A stretch of 64,000 bases of DNA, taken from an uncultured delta proteobacterium. Lineage in GTDB: Bacteria; Myxococcota_A; Polyangia; Fen-1088. The position numbers and the translations under genes are program-made. The stretch spans positions 96,001-160,000 of the forward strand of contig CAWCMR010000006.1 of the NCBI GenBank assembly GCA_963796685.1. The letters run 5' to 3'. Below the pieces are notes generated by a model. The model worked only from the letters and a program-made list of their open reading frames with translations, ran no database searches and was not told the DNA's origin. Shown here in pieces: positions 39,883 through 49,327 of this stretch (positions are counted from its first letter, which is position 1; each line of letters begins with the position of its first letter).

Positions 39883-41228
39883 GGTCGTACTCCTTCGATG
39901 GGTTTTCCGAATGCGAATTGAAGCTGTGCCGCCGCGACTCTGGCGTCGTACTCGCTGCGCAGAAGCAGCGCCCGCGCGCCGGCCAGGCCCGCTTCGGCGT
40001 CGAGAACGTCGGTGAGGGGAAGCAGCCCCTGGCGATGGCGGGCCATCCGCAAGGCGCGCGCGGATTCGGAGGCAGCCACGGCTTCGCGCGCGGATCGTCC
40101 CCGCGAGCGTGCCGAGGCCAGTGCCCGCTGGGCCTCGTCGATCTCGAAGCTCGCCTGGCGTTCCTGCCAGCGCCGGGCGTCTTCCGCGGCGCTGGCGCGA
40201 AACGCGGCCGCGTCGGTTGTCCGCAGATCGGCCAGGGACAAGTGCCAACGGGCGACCAGTCCCAGGGTGTACCAGGTCGCGCCTTGGTCGAAGTCCGAGC
40301 GCAGGGTCTCCACCGTGGCCTGGGCCATGACCTCCGGGAGCAGGCTGCCTCGGGCGGCGGCGACCATCGCGTGGGCGGCCTCGGCGCGCAACCCGGCGGC
40401 TTCGAGATCGGGCCGCTTACCGTCGCTGCGCTCGAGGTTCGCCGGGACCTCTTCGACCACGAGCGGCGATCCGAGATCGCTCGTCGCCGCTTGCTCGCCG
40501 GCCAGCAGCACGAGCGTGGCGCGCGCCGAGGCCAAGCGTTGCTTGGCGATGCTGCTCTCCGCTTCTGCCTGCGCGCGGAAGGCGGTGGCCCGCGCCAGAT
40601 CGGCGTCGACCGCCAGTCCCTGCTGATTGCGAGAACGGGTGAAGGACTCTGTTTCGCGTGCTTGCGCCAGCACGTCGTCCGCGAAATTGAGACCCTCGGC
40701 CGCGACCTGTGCGCCGAAATAGGCCTGGACCACCTGCAGCGCCATCTCCTGCATGCGCCGCTGATGGGAAAGGGTCTCGGCCTGCATTTGCGCCGTGGCG
40801 GCGCGCCGGGCGGCGGTCAGGCGGCCGCCCATGTAGATGGGTTGCATGACGGTGGCCGCCAGGCCCACGCCACCCACGAGGTCGGGCGAATTCAGCCGGC
40901 TCGGGTCGAAATCCGAGGCCGCGATTCTTTGTTCGTCGAGCTTGATGCCGAAGGCCGCAACCGGCTCCTTGGTCGCAATGGCCTTTGCCGAAAGCAACAA
41001 GCTCGGCAAACGTCCATCGCGCGCACCGTCGGCGTCGGCTCTGGCCGCGGCTACCGCCTCGCCACTGCTGGCGAGAGCGGGGTTCTGCTTCCAGGTTGCG
41101 CGGATGGCATCTTCGACCGTGAAGGGCGCCGCGATGGCCGCGCTCGACAACGATAGAACCGTCGCGGCGAGGGCCGAGGTGTGGTGGACGAGTCGTGTCC
41201 GGTTTCCGGTGACATGTAGGATTCGCAC
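39879..41228 (-). CDS. TolC-family outer membrane protein
   Basis: Signal region, 'QNPAL', 'QPIYMGG', 'LTDVLDAE' outer-membrane efflux protein repeats. Confidence 0.88.
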   Translation of the reverse strand: MRILHVTGNRTRLVHHTSALAATVLSLSSAAIAAPFTVEDAIRATWKQNPALASSGEAVAAARADADGARDGRLPSLLLSAKAIATKEPVAAFGIKLDEQRIAASDFDPSRLNSPDLVGGVGLAATVMQPIYMGGRLTAARRAATAQMQAETLSHQRRMQEMALQVVQAYFGAQVAAEGLNFADDVLAQARETESFTRSRNQQGLAVDADLARATAFRAQAEAESSIAKQRLASARATLVLLAGEQAATSDLGSPLVVEEVPANLERSDGKRPDLEAAGLRAEAAHAMVAAARGSLLPEVMAQATVETLRSDFDQGATWYTLGLVARWHLSLADLRTTDAAAFRASAAEDARRWQERQASFEIDEAQRALASARSRGRSAREAVAASESARALRMARHRQGLLPLTDVLDAEAGLAGARALLLRSEYDARVAAAQLQFAFGKPIEGVRP

Positions 41229-41286
41229 ACCCCTGGGAGCCGGGCTCGGTCGAAAGGATTCGTTCCAGACGGCGTCTTTCGAGGAA

Positions 41287-41547
41287 TCAGTCCCAGCCGC
41301 AAGTGCCGCCCGCGCAGCCGCCCGTGGAGGGAAGACCGCACGTGCCGGTGGAACAACCCTCGCTGGCGTAGTCGTCCCCGGCGCTCGACCCTCCGGTGCC
41401 GATGAACGTGCGTGAAAGGATGCGGCGGACCGGCTCGCCGGTGACCGGGTGCTTGGTGAGGGCGGGCTCGCTCATCTTCTGCGTGGTTTCGAAGATGCCC
41501 TTGGCGGTTCCGTCGCTGCGCAGGATTTCGTACTCGTAGATTGGCAT
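41287..41547 (-). CDS. FmdB-family putative regulatory protein
   Basis: 'MPIYEYE...FETTQKMSEPALTKHPVTGEPVRRILS'; Cys/Gly tail. Confidence 0.8.
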   Translation of the reverse strand: MPIYEYEILRSDGTAKGIFETTQKMSEPALTKHPVTGEPVRRILSRTFIGTGGSSAGDDYASEGCSTGTCGLPSTGGCAGGTCGWD

Positions 41548-41678
41548 GTTGGCTTGGCTCCAGATGGTTGAACGGATGGGTGAATGATGATTAGAGCCGA
41601 CATGACGGAAGAGGATTCGCGAGAATCGATAGTAGGTGGACGCGCATCGCGCGCACGGGAGGCGTGTGGTAGGGATCT

Positions 41679-42650
41679 GTGACGATGGATACCAGCCGAG
41701 ATGCACACGGGCACGACTGCACGGTGGAAACAGTCGGTCACCTCGAGCTGGATCGGCGGCTGTGGGCCACGGCCGCGCTGAACTTGGCCATCGCCGTGGC
41801 GGAGATCCTGGGCGGCATCTTCGCCGGCAGTCTGGCGCTGGTGTCGGACGCCACCCACAACATGGGCGATTTGGTGGCCGTCCTGCTCGCGCTTTTCGCG
41901 CGACGCCTTGGTCGCCGACCACCCACCGTGCGCCACACCTACGGCCTCAAGCGCGTCGAGGTCATGGCCGCCTTGCTCAACGCCGTGTTGCTCATCGGTG
42001 CGACCGCCTTCATCGCGCGTGCGGCGGTGCTTCGCATCCTGCACCCGGCGCCCGTCGCACGGGGGATCATGTTGGTCGTCGCCCTTGCGGCCCTCGCGGC
42101 CAACGCGGCGGCCGTGTTTTTGCTGCGACACCATGACCACGAGGACGTCAACGTCCGGAGCGCGTTTCTGCACATGGCGCAGGACGCGTTCGCCTCCGTG
42201 GCGGTCGTCGTCGCGGCGCTCTTGGCCCATACGGCGGCGGGGGCCTACGTGGATTCGGTCGCTGCGCTAGTGGTGAGCCTGGTCGTCATGCGGAGCGCGC
42301 TGTCGCTGACCTGGCAGACGACCTCCACCATTCTCGAGGGCGTGCCGCGCGACGTGGACATCGCCGAGCTGGCGGAGCGGGTGGGGCGGACGTTCGCGCC
42401 GGCCTGTCTGCACCATATACACGTCTGGGAGATCGGGCCGCAGCAACGCCTGCTCACCGCGCACCTCGCCCTCGGTCAGGAAATGGACGGTCGCGGGATC
42501 GAGGCGTTTCTGGCGCGCATCAAAGCGTACCTGCAGCAAGAGTGGAAGATCAACCACGCGACCATCGAACCCGAGATCGCGGGTTGCCCGGACTCGAACC
42601 TCCTGGGTCAGTGGGAGGTCGGCCCGGCTCCGGGGTCACCTCGGGGGTGA
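41679..42650 (+). CDS. Cation diffusion facilitator (CzcD/ZitB-like)
   Basis: 'SLALVSDATHNMGD', 'NVRSAFLHMAQD', 'HHIHVWEI', 'HATIEPE'. Confidence 0.92.
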   Translation: MTMDTSRDAHGHDCTVETVGHLELDRRLWATAALNLAIAVAEILGGIFAGSLALVSDATHNMGDLVAVLLALFARRLGRRPPTVRHTYGLKRVEVMAALLNAVLLIGATAFIARAAVLRILHPAPVARGIMLVVALAALAANAAAVFLLRHHDHEDVNVRSAFLHMAQDAFASVAVVVAALLAHTAAGAYVDSVAALVVSLVVMRSALSLTWQTTSTILEGVPRDVDIAELAERVGRTFAPACLHHIHVWEIGPQQRLLTAHLALGQEMDGRGIEAFLARIKAYLQQEWKINHATIEPEIAGCPDSNLLGQWEVGPAPGSPRG

Positions 42651-42663
42651 GGCGCCGGCCGCG

Positions 42664-42687
42664 CCAGAGGCATCCCCAGAGGCATCC
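42664..42687. repeat. 12-bp tandem repeat between convergent genes
   Basis: (CCAGAGGCATCC)x2. Confidence 0.7.
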
Positions 42688-42719
42688 CATAGAAGGGACC
42701 CAGCCGGTCGAGCGGGCAA

Positions 42720-45059
42720 TCACCCGCGAGGAGGCTGCGGGCTCTCCGCCCCAGGCAAGCCGGTTCGACGACGTCGTTGCCCGGCCAAGACCAGGCCGAG
42801 ACAGCCCAGCACCGCCAGCATCGAGATGGCCACTCCGGCGTTGACCCAGCGGTCGCGGTAGACGATCGCCAGGCGATGGTTTCCCGGCGGCACGACGAAT
42901 CCTGACAGGGACACCTCGGCGCGCAGCAGCGGCGCGGGGGAGCCATCGATGGTCAGCCGCCACCCCTCATCCCAGGTCTGATTGAAGGCCAGGAACGACG
43001 GGCCAGGTCCTTTCGCCTGCACGTCCATGGCGATGCTGTCTGGCGTGCGCGCACGCAACCGTACCTCGGCCGGCGATGGCGGCTCGGGAAAGCCTGCCAG
43101 GCTCGCATCATCGACGCACGCGCTCTCGCGCGCCTGGCCTCGTAACCGGCGCACGGCGGACAGCCAGCCGTCGGCGCCATGAACGATCTCGACATGGGAG
43201 ACCGCGAAGACGATCGGTTGCGCGCCACGAAGAAAGGCGACCTCGAGGGGAGGTTGTTCGGCCGGCCCGATGGCGGCGCCATCCCGCCAGTGCGTACCTG
43301 CGCGGAACTGCACCACCGCGGTCACGCCGCGCCGCTGAAGCAACGGCTTGGCCAACCCGGGATCGCTCTCGACCGCCTTGCGGAAGGCGCGCGTGCCTTC
43401 GTCGGTCCAGCGCAGAAAGGTCATGTCGAAATCGTTTTCGAGCGTCATGGCCAACCCCCACTGCGCCGGTCGGGGCGGCATGCCTGCGTCGCTGACGCTC
43501 CCCATTGATGGATGCCATTCGGCCGCGTGGTAGATGAGATCGTCGTTCCTTCGGTTGAGCAGCGGCAAGAAGCTGGCGGGCGGCGTCGCCAGGGCCTGGA
43601 CCGGTTCGGTGTGAACGACGCCTCTTCCCGCGCTGACGAGATCGATCACAAGTGCCGCGCACACGGCCAGGGCGCGCGCCGACCTTGGCCAGCGCGGCCA
43701 AAGAGCGACCAGCAGGACAAGAGCCACGCCCGCGACGCGCGCAGCATCCCCGACGGCTACCTGCCATGGAGACGCCGCAGGCAGGTGTTGGGCGAACAGC
43801 GCCATTCCACCTGCCCCGAGGCCGGCCAAGGCGGCCAGGGCGGCCAAAACACGCACCAGGTCTTGCCGGGCTTGGCGGGCCCCCATGACCACTTGGTCGA
43901 ACCCGTAGGCCGACGCTACCGTGATGGGGAAGACGAAGAGCAGTGCGTACTTCTCGGGAAAACGAATGGCGGATACGACCGGCAAGAGACGCGCGATCCG
44001 CCACAAGGCAAAGTGCTCTCCCAGTGCGAGCAGATAGCCAAAGCCCGCCACGGCGATCCACGGAACAAGGAGGCGCACGCGATACCGCCACGCCGCCAAG
44101 GCCAGAAGAGAAGCGGCCAATCCTGGATACAGGGAGAACAGGAAGGGGCTTGCGCGCCGGCCATAGAGACTTCGTCCCCAGTATGCCTGCTCGTTGCCCG
44201 GCTCCAGGTGCCCAAGGACATTGGGCGAGAGCAACTCCAGCGCGCGCACGGCCGGCATCGACCAATCGTCGGATTGGGAGAGGTCGAGCCCCGAAGCGCG
44301 TTGGGTCTTGCGCGCGTGGTGCGCCCCCGGAAGAAGCGTGGCCGCCCCGACCGCGAGTCCCAGCACCAGACCGGCGGCCACAGTCGCGGGGCCGAATCGT
44401 GCACGGTTGCGCCAACCCGCGACGATTGCCGCCGCAGCCAGTATCGGAGTCATGAGGATCGTCGAGGGCTCGCCCGCGAGACACTGCACGCCCACGGTCA
44501 AGGCCAGGGCGGCCACATGAGCCCGGCCAGGCGCGCGAAGCAGGCGCAGCACGAAGGTCACCGATAAGGGCAGAATGGACGCAGCGAAAAGGATCGGCAG
44601 CAGGTTCGTCGTCGAAAGCAAGTACCCGCCGAAGCCCCAACTCACGCCACCGAAGATCGAGGCCAACCTGCTGCGGCGGAGCGTGCGGAGAAGGAGAAAC
44701 ATGCAGGCGACGCCCGCCAGGACCGGCAGGATCACCTGCAGGCGGAAGGCCCACTCGAAGGGCAGAAGGAAGAAGAGCGCGGTAAGGGGAAAGAAGATCT
44801 CGTGCTCGGGGTTGGCGGCAAAGGGCTGGCCCGAGGCGAAGAACGGATTCCACAGCGGTAGCCCCTGCGAGGCCCTGGTCAGCGGGGCGATGAGGGACTT
44901 GGCCGGATGGTAGTAGCCGGCGAGATCGCGATCCGCGAACGTCTCTCCTCCCCAAAGAACCCGTCCAAAGAGGCCCGCCACAAGCACGAAGACCAGCGCA
45001 GCGGCAATGATCCCGATGCGATAGGTCGTCTTGCCGCGAGGTTGTGCCACCATCGTCAT
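42720..45059 (-). CDS. YfhO-family membrane protein (GT-C-like)
   Basis: 'RDLAGYYHP', 'PLWNPFFASGQPFAANP', 'IRFPEKY', 'NQTWDEGWRLTIDG...VPPGNHRL'. Confidence 0.8.
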   Translation of the reverse strand: MTMVAQPRGKTTYRIGIIAAALVFVLVAGLFGRVLWGGETFADRDLAGYYHPAKSLIAPLTRASQGLPLWNPFFASGQPFAANPEHEIFFPLTALFFLLPFEWAFRLQVILPVLAGVACMFLLLRTLRRSRLASIFGGVSWGFGGYLLSTTNLLPILFAASILPLSVTFVLRLLRAPGRAHVAALALTVGVQCLAGEPSTILMTPILAAAAIVAGWRNRARFGPATVAAGLVLGLAVGAATLLPGAHHARKTQRASGLDLSQSDDWSMPAVRALELLSPNVLGHLEPGNEQAYWGRSLYGRRASPFLFSLYPGLAASLLALAAWRYRVRLLVPWIAVAGFGYLLALGEHFALWRIARLLPVVSAIRFPEKYALLFVFPITVASAYGFDQVVMGARQARQDLVRVLAALAALAGLGAGGMALFAQHLPAASPWQVAVGDAARVAGVALVLLVALWPRWPRSARALAVCAALVIDLVSAGRGVVHTEPVQALATPPASFLPLLNRRNDDLIYHAAEWHPSMGSVSDAGMPPRPAQWGLAMTLENDFDMTFLRWTDEGTRAFRKAVESDPGLAKPLLQRRGVTAVVQFRAGTHWRDGAAIGPAEQPPLEVAFLRGAQPIVFAVSHVEIVHGADGWLSAVRRLRGQARESACVDDASLAGFPEPPSPAEVRLRARTPDSIAMDVQAKGPGPSFLAFNQTWDEGWRLTIDGSPAPLLRAEVSLSGFVVPPGNHRLAIVYRDRWVNAGVAISMLAVLGCLGLVLAGQRRRRTGLPGAESPQPPRG

Positions 45060-45123
45060 GCACTATAGTTCATCACCAGGGCACCCATGGGCTCGCCCGC
45101 CCCTGGAGGTCGTGGCAAGGGGG

Positions 45124-45846
45124 CTAACCGAAGAAGGCCTCGGTGCGGATCTGGCGTTTGCGGTCCACGCCCTGCTCGACCAACGACGCCCTCATCTCGG
45201 CGACCATGGCCCCATTGCCCACCAGGTAGAACACCGGCGCTTCGAGCGCCGGCAGCAGGGCGAGCATGCTCGGGTTGATGCGCCCGTGGCGTCCCGGCCA
45301 CCCCGGCTCGGCGGCGCTCAGGTGAATGCACAGCTCCGCACCAGCCCGTCGGCAAAGGTCCTCGAGCTCGTCGCGCACGAAGATGTCTTCCGGTCGGCGC
45401 AAGCCCCAGTAGACGAGCCGCTTTCCCTTGGCCCGCTCGGGCATCTGCACCAGCTCCTCGAGCATCGGCATGATGGTGGCGATCCCCGTCCCCGTCGTAC
45501 CGAACACCAGGTCACCGGGATGCGACTCGGCCAGCGTGAAGGCTCCGAATGGGCCGGACATGGGCACGCGGTCGCCAGGGGCCAGGCGCAGGAAATACTC
45601 GCTGCCATGACCTCCCGGGATTTGCCGCGCGATCAAGCGAACCTCTTCGCCGCGAAAGGTTGGCGACGCGATCGAATAGCTACGCCGAACCAAGGCAACA
45701 GTCTCTCCCACCGGTACGTGCAGGGTGACGAATTGCCCGGCGCGAAAGGCCAGCCTGTCCGGTGACGTCATGGTCAACCGCAAATCGAACACGCCGGGCG
45801 CTATGCGTCTTCTCTCGGTCAGGATGGCTTCGATTTGGCTCTGCAC
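45124..45846 (-). CDS. FAD/NAD(P)-binding oxidoreductase, ferredoxin-NADP reductase-like
   Basis: 'FRAGQF', 'RSYSIAS', 'GPFGAF', 'GTGIAT', C-terminal 'EAFF'. Confidence 0.88.
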   Translation of the reverse strand: MQSQIEAILTERRRIAPGVFDLRLTMTSPDRLAFRAGQFVTLHVPVGETVALVRRSYSIASPTFRGEEVRLIARQIPGGHGSEYFLRLAPGDRVPMSGPFGAFTLAESHPGDLVFGTTGTGIATIMPMLEELVQMPERAKGKRLVYWGLRRPEDIFVRDELEDLCRRAGAELCIHLSAAEPGWPGRHGRINPSMLALLPALEAPVFYLVGNGAMVAEMRASLVEQGVDRKRQIRTEAFFG

Positions 45847-45917
45847 GAGTCGATCCTAGCGCCTGGCGGCTACCGTGCCAGGGAAGACGGCGGGAGGCCG
45901 CAGAGTCGGCTCCGCGA

Positions 45918-47075
45918 TCACTTCAGGGGTGAGGCGCCGGTCGGCGGCGCGTCTTCGATGGGATCGACGACGGGCACGGTGACCTTGCGGGCGAAGATCA
46001 GGTTCTCGGTGTTGGTGTAGTAGAGCTTGTGCAGCACCTCGCCGGGCAGGTGGATGGCGTTGACCTTCCAGCGGCCCTGGATGGGCGTCGGGTGATCGAT
46101 GTTCTCGAGGTCGGTCTCGAAGAAGCGGAAGTGCGCCTGGTAGAACTTGACCGCGTCCTCCATTCCGACCGGCGTCTCGGAGACCGACCCGAGCTGCCAG
46201 TGATCGGGCGAGATGGACAGGTCGGTGCCGAACAAGATGCGATCCTGGAATTTCAGGAAGAAGCGCCTCACCTTGTCGACGGGATGGCGGCCGATCTCGG
46301 GAACGCGCGCCGCCGTGTCGACGAACACGTTCGCGTGGGCGTCGAGCAGCTTTTCCATATAGTCGAGATCCTCGGCCATTCCGAGGTGGATGAAGAGGAA
46401 GGTCGTCGCGGGATGCCGGCTGACCAGCCGCTCGGTCTGCTTCCACAGCTCCATGAGCGGCGGGTAGTCCTGGCCGTAGAAGCTCCAGTCCGGGGCCAGC
46501 TTGAGCTCGTCGTAGCGTTCGTTGTCGGGCGTGGGCGGCTCGAAGAAGGCCTTGGGGTCGCCGACGTGGATGGCGACCACGACGTTGAGCTTGGCGGCCC
46601 TGTCCATGATGGGGTCGAAGCGCGGATCGTCGATGGGGATGAGCTTGTCGTTGGCGTCGCGCGCGCCGAGACCCATGGCCTTGAAGAACTTGATGCCCTT
46701 GGCGCCGAAGCCGACCTCGCGTTCGAGACGGTCGGCCTCGAAGTCGCCCCAGCCGGACTCGGCCACGCGATTCCACGAGACGTTGGCGAAAAAGGCGAAC
46801 TGGTCCTTGAGCCGGTGCTTGATGCGCACGGTGGCGGCGAACGCGCGCGAGCCGAGATAGCCCCCGTTCTTGTTGCAGAACTTCACCACGCCCACGCGTT
46901 TGAACAGCGCCAGCGCCGTGTCGATGGACTCGTCGATGGGCGCGATCAGGGTGTGCGAGTCGATGACCGGGCCGCGGGCACTGCTTTCGCCGGGTTTCGG
47001 CGCCGAGGACTTGCGGCAGGTAGCGAAAACGAAGACGCAGGACAGAATGGCCGCCACGCGAACGCTGGGTGACAT
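45918..47075 (-). CDS. Exported amidohydrolase-family (Amidohydro_2-like) protein
   Basis: Lipoprotein-like N-terminus; 'IDSHT', 'AIHVGDPKAFF', 'DRILFGTD'. Confidence 0.8.
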   Translation of the reverse strand: MSPSVRVAAILSCVFVFATCRKSSAPKPGESSARGPVIDSHTLIAPIDESIDTALALFKRVGVVKFCNKNGGYLGSRAFAATVRIKHRLKDQFAFFANVSWNRVAESGWGDFEADRLEREVGFGAKGIKFFKAMGLGARDANDKLIPIDDPRFDPIMDRAAKLNVVVAIHVGDPKAFFEPPTPDNERYDELKLAPDWSFYGQDYPPLMELWKQTERLVSRHPATTFLFIHLGMAEDLDYMEKLLDAHANVFVDTAARVPEIGRHPVDKVRRFFLKFQDRILFGTDLSISPDHWQLGSVSETPVGMEDAVKFYQAHFRFFETDLENIDHPTPIQGRWKVNAIHLPGEVLHKLYYTNTENLIFARKVTVPVVDPIEDAPPTGASPLK

Positions 47076-47104
47076 AGTCGGCACGTTACTCCACTGGCGG
47101 GCAG

Positions 47105-47404
47105 TCAGCGCGCAGGATTGAGGGCGGTCATGGAGCTGGAACCGCGCGGCGCCAGCTCGATGGCCTGGTTGGGACAGCAGGGGATGCAGACGCCGCAGCC
47201 ATCGCAGCGCTCGGCGCAAATGGCGATGCGGGCCGGCTCGCACGGCACGTCCATGGTGGAGCAGTATTTCACGCACTTCGCGCAGCAGAAATTCATGGGC
47301 TCTTCGATGGCGTGAAAGGGACAGCTCGCAACGCAAATCCCGCAGGACGTGCACTTGGCCGCATCGAGGACGGCGACGCGGGCGAGCGGGATGGGGTCAG
47401 TCAT
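47105..47404 (-). CDS. 4Fe-4S dicluster ferredoxin with extra Cys-rich insert
   Basis: CTSCGICVASCP and CDGCGVCIPCCP flanking 'CCAKCVKYC...VPC'. Confidence 0.85.
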   Translation of the reverse strand: MTDPIPLARVAVLDAAKCTSCGICVASCPFHAIEEPMNFCCAKCVKYCSTMDVPCEPARIAICAERCDGCGVCIPCCPNQAIELAPRGSSSMTALNPAR

Positions 47405-47918
47405 GGGGCTCGGTCTTGCGATGAAAGCGTTCGTCCGCGACCACGCGATCGTCGCCGACGGCGTCGAACCAGCCGGCCTTCGAGCCGGGATGGGCGTCGA
47501 AGTCCGGCACATACGGTTTGATGTCGAGCAGGGGTGTGCCGTCGAGAACGTCGATGTCGGCCACGTGCAGCATCCTGCCCTCTCGACGAACGAAGCGTAC
47601 CACGGACATCCCGATGGGGTTGGGCCTGCTGGGGGAGCGGGTGGCGAACAGCCCGTGCTCGCGCGTGTCGCGATAGGGGACGACGCGCGGCTTGTATCCC
47701 TCGACGCGATCCATCCAGTAGAGCAGCCACACGCGCGCGAAGCCTTCGATGTCGTCGAGCGCGGCAGCATAGGCCTCGTCGACCAGGATCTCTCCCGCCG
47801 CGCCTCGCGCATAGCAAGGCTGGATCGGCGTGCCCGCCGCCTCGGCGAACGGGCTGTGGATGACCCCGATGGTGCGCAGGTTGAAGGATGCGAGCTGCGA
47901 GCCCTGGTCGCGACCCAT
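47397..47918 (-). CDS. tsaA: TsaA/TrmO (YaeB)-family SAM-binding protein, single-domain form
   Basis: 'IGVIHSPF', 'GLFATRSPSRPNPIGMS', 'IDVLDGTPLLDIKPY'. Confidence 0.85.
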   Translation of the reverse strand: MGRDQGSQLASFNLRTIGVIHSPFAEAAGTPIQPCYARGAAGEILVDEAYAAALDDIEGFARVWLLYWMDRVEGYKPRVVPYRDTREHGLFATRSPSRPNPIGMSVVRFVRREGRMLHVADIDVLDGTPLLDIKPYVPDFDAHPGSKAGWFDAVGDDRVVADERFHRKTEPHD

Positions 47919-47935
47919 GGCCGATCTCGGGCGTT

Positions 47936-48307
47936 CTAGGGGTGGCTGTGGCCGTGGCCACCGCACGCCATGCCGGGTTGCATGCGCTGAAGCGCGCCTG
48001 CTCGGAAGGCCTCGACGGTCGTTGAAACGGTCGGATGCTCGGCGCGGAAGACGCTGATCCCGGCTGCCATCAGCTTGTTGAGGGCGCCCATGCCGATGCC
48101 GCCCACCACGATGCCATCCAGGATCTCGCCTTGAAGCGAGGCGAGAGGTGTGCACATGCCGTGGTCGTGGTGCTGGTTGCGGTTGACGATGACACGGCAC
48201 TCGCTGTTGTCGGTGTCCACGATCAGAAAGGCGGGCGCCGAGCCGAAATGCGCACACACCTCGCTTTGCAGCCCCTGGTCTTCATTCACTGGAATACAGA
48301 TTCGCAT
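47936..48307 (-). CDS. NifB/NifX-family Fe-Mo-cofactor-binding-domain protein
   Basis: 'ICIPV...VCAHFGSAPAF', 'HHDHGMC', 'VVGGIGMGA', 'CGGHGHSH'. Confidence 0.85.
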   Translation of the reverse strand: MRICIPVNEDQGLQSEVCAHFGSAPAFLIVDTDNSECRVIVNRNQHHDHGMCTPLASLQGEILDGIVVGGIGMGALNKLMAAGISVFRAEHPTVSTTVEAFRAGALQRMQPGMACGGHGHSHP

Positions 48308-48361
48308 CGTGTCTTCTCCTTGATGGTTGGTTCTGGGAAATTCGCGCGAGGGGCAGTCGAT

Positions 48362-48400
48362 CTACTTCTTCTTGCTACTTCTTCTCGCTACTTCTTCTTG
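48362..48400. repeat. 13-bp tandem triplication containing the DUF134 stop codon
   Basis: CTACTTCTTCTTG / CTACTTCTTCTCG / CTACTTCTTCTTG. Confidence 0.85.
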
Positions 48401-48717
48401 TCGTGCAATTCGCAGCAGCGCCGTCCCTCGCGTTGAACGGGACCGCCTTCGATGCGCAAGGCCTTGCCGTGCACGAGCGCGTCGGCCACCTTCCGGTGCG
48501 CCGACTCGACGATCCTGCTGAAGGTCGGGCGCGACACGCCCATTTCCTGCGCGGCCTGTTCCTGGTACAGCCCCACGAGATCGGCCTGCCGGATGGCCTC
48601 GAACTCGTCGAGCGTCATGACGATCACCTCGAGCTCAGGCATGGGGATGCCGGTGGGCTTGAAGATCGCGGCAGCCGGTCTTCCGGCGATCGTGCGGCAG
48701 CAGAATGGTCTTGGCAC
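48388..48717 (-). CDS. DUF134 HTH DNA-binding protein
   Basis: 'PRP..CR', 'FKPTG', 'DEFEAIRQADLVGLYQEQAAQEMGVSRPTF...KVADALVHGKALRIEGG'. Confidence 0.9.
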   Translation of the reverse strand: MPRPFCCRTIAGRPAAAIFKPTGIPMPELEVIVMTLDEFEAIRQADLVGLYQEQAAQEMGVSRPTFSRIVESAHRKVADALVHGKALRIEGGPVQREGRRCCELHDKKK

Positions 48718-48821
48718 CTGAATCCTCGAGACGACATTACGGACATATGTGCACTACTGTCAAGCGATCGTTTCGATACGGTGGTGCTAGGATGGCAAAA
48801 GGCAGCCATCGAGGAGTCCCC

Positions 48822-49298
48822 ATGCCCGACCAAGACCAGACCATCGCCGCTCTCGTCGAAACCTTCAGCCGCCAGCTCATCGCCGCCGTGGAGGACTCCG
48901 CGGCTCGCCGTGTCGAGGCCGCGATATCCGGGGCATTGGGACGTTCTTGGAAGCACGGCAAGCCGACGCGGCGGCTCCCGACGCCTACCGCACCCGGGTT
49001 GGCCATGACAGCCTCGAGAAAAGTGGGGGCAAAGCAGACTGTCTCGTATTCCCTGGTTCGAGAGCCCGGCAAGCTCCGGGATGACCTGTCTCGACCTTGG
49101 GGTGCCGGCCAAGGCCACGAAACCTCGACGAGGCAAGGTCGCGACACCCACGGTCGCCCGGGCGCGGAAGCTGCAAGGTCAGTACCTGGCATCTTGAGAT
49201 CGCTCAAGGGAGCCGACCGCACGAAGGTACAGCGCATGGCGAACGCCGAGGGCGTTGCCGAGGCCGTGAAGCTCGCGCATTCACCGAAGAAGGCGTAA
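48822..49298 (+). pseudogene. Small basic hypothetical protein, probably disrupted
   Basis: Helical N-terminus 'IAALVETFSRQL'; 'ARARKLQGQYL' lies in a different frame from 'GILRSLKGADRTKV' (shift at ~49190). Confidence 0.4.
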
Positions 49299-49327
49299 CC
49301 CATGCTGTCGATTCGGGATCGTAACGG

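Noticed and set aside
47936-48307. Nitrogen fixation inferred from the NifX-like gene
   Set aside because: No nifHDK/ENB in the window, and this domain is common in non-diazotrophs
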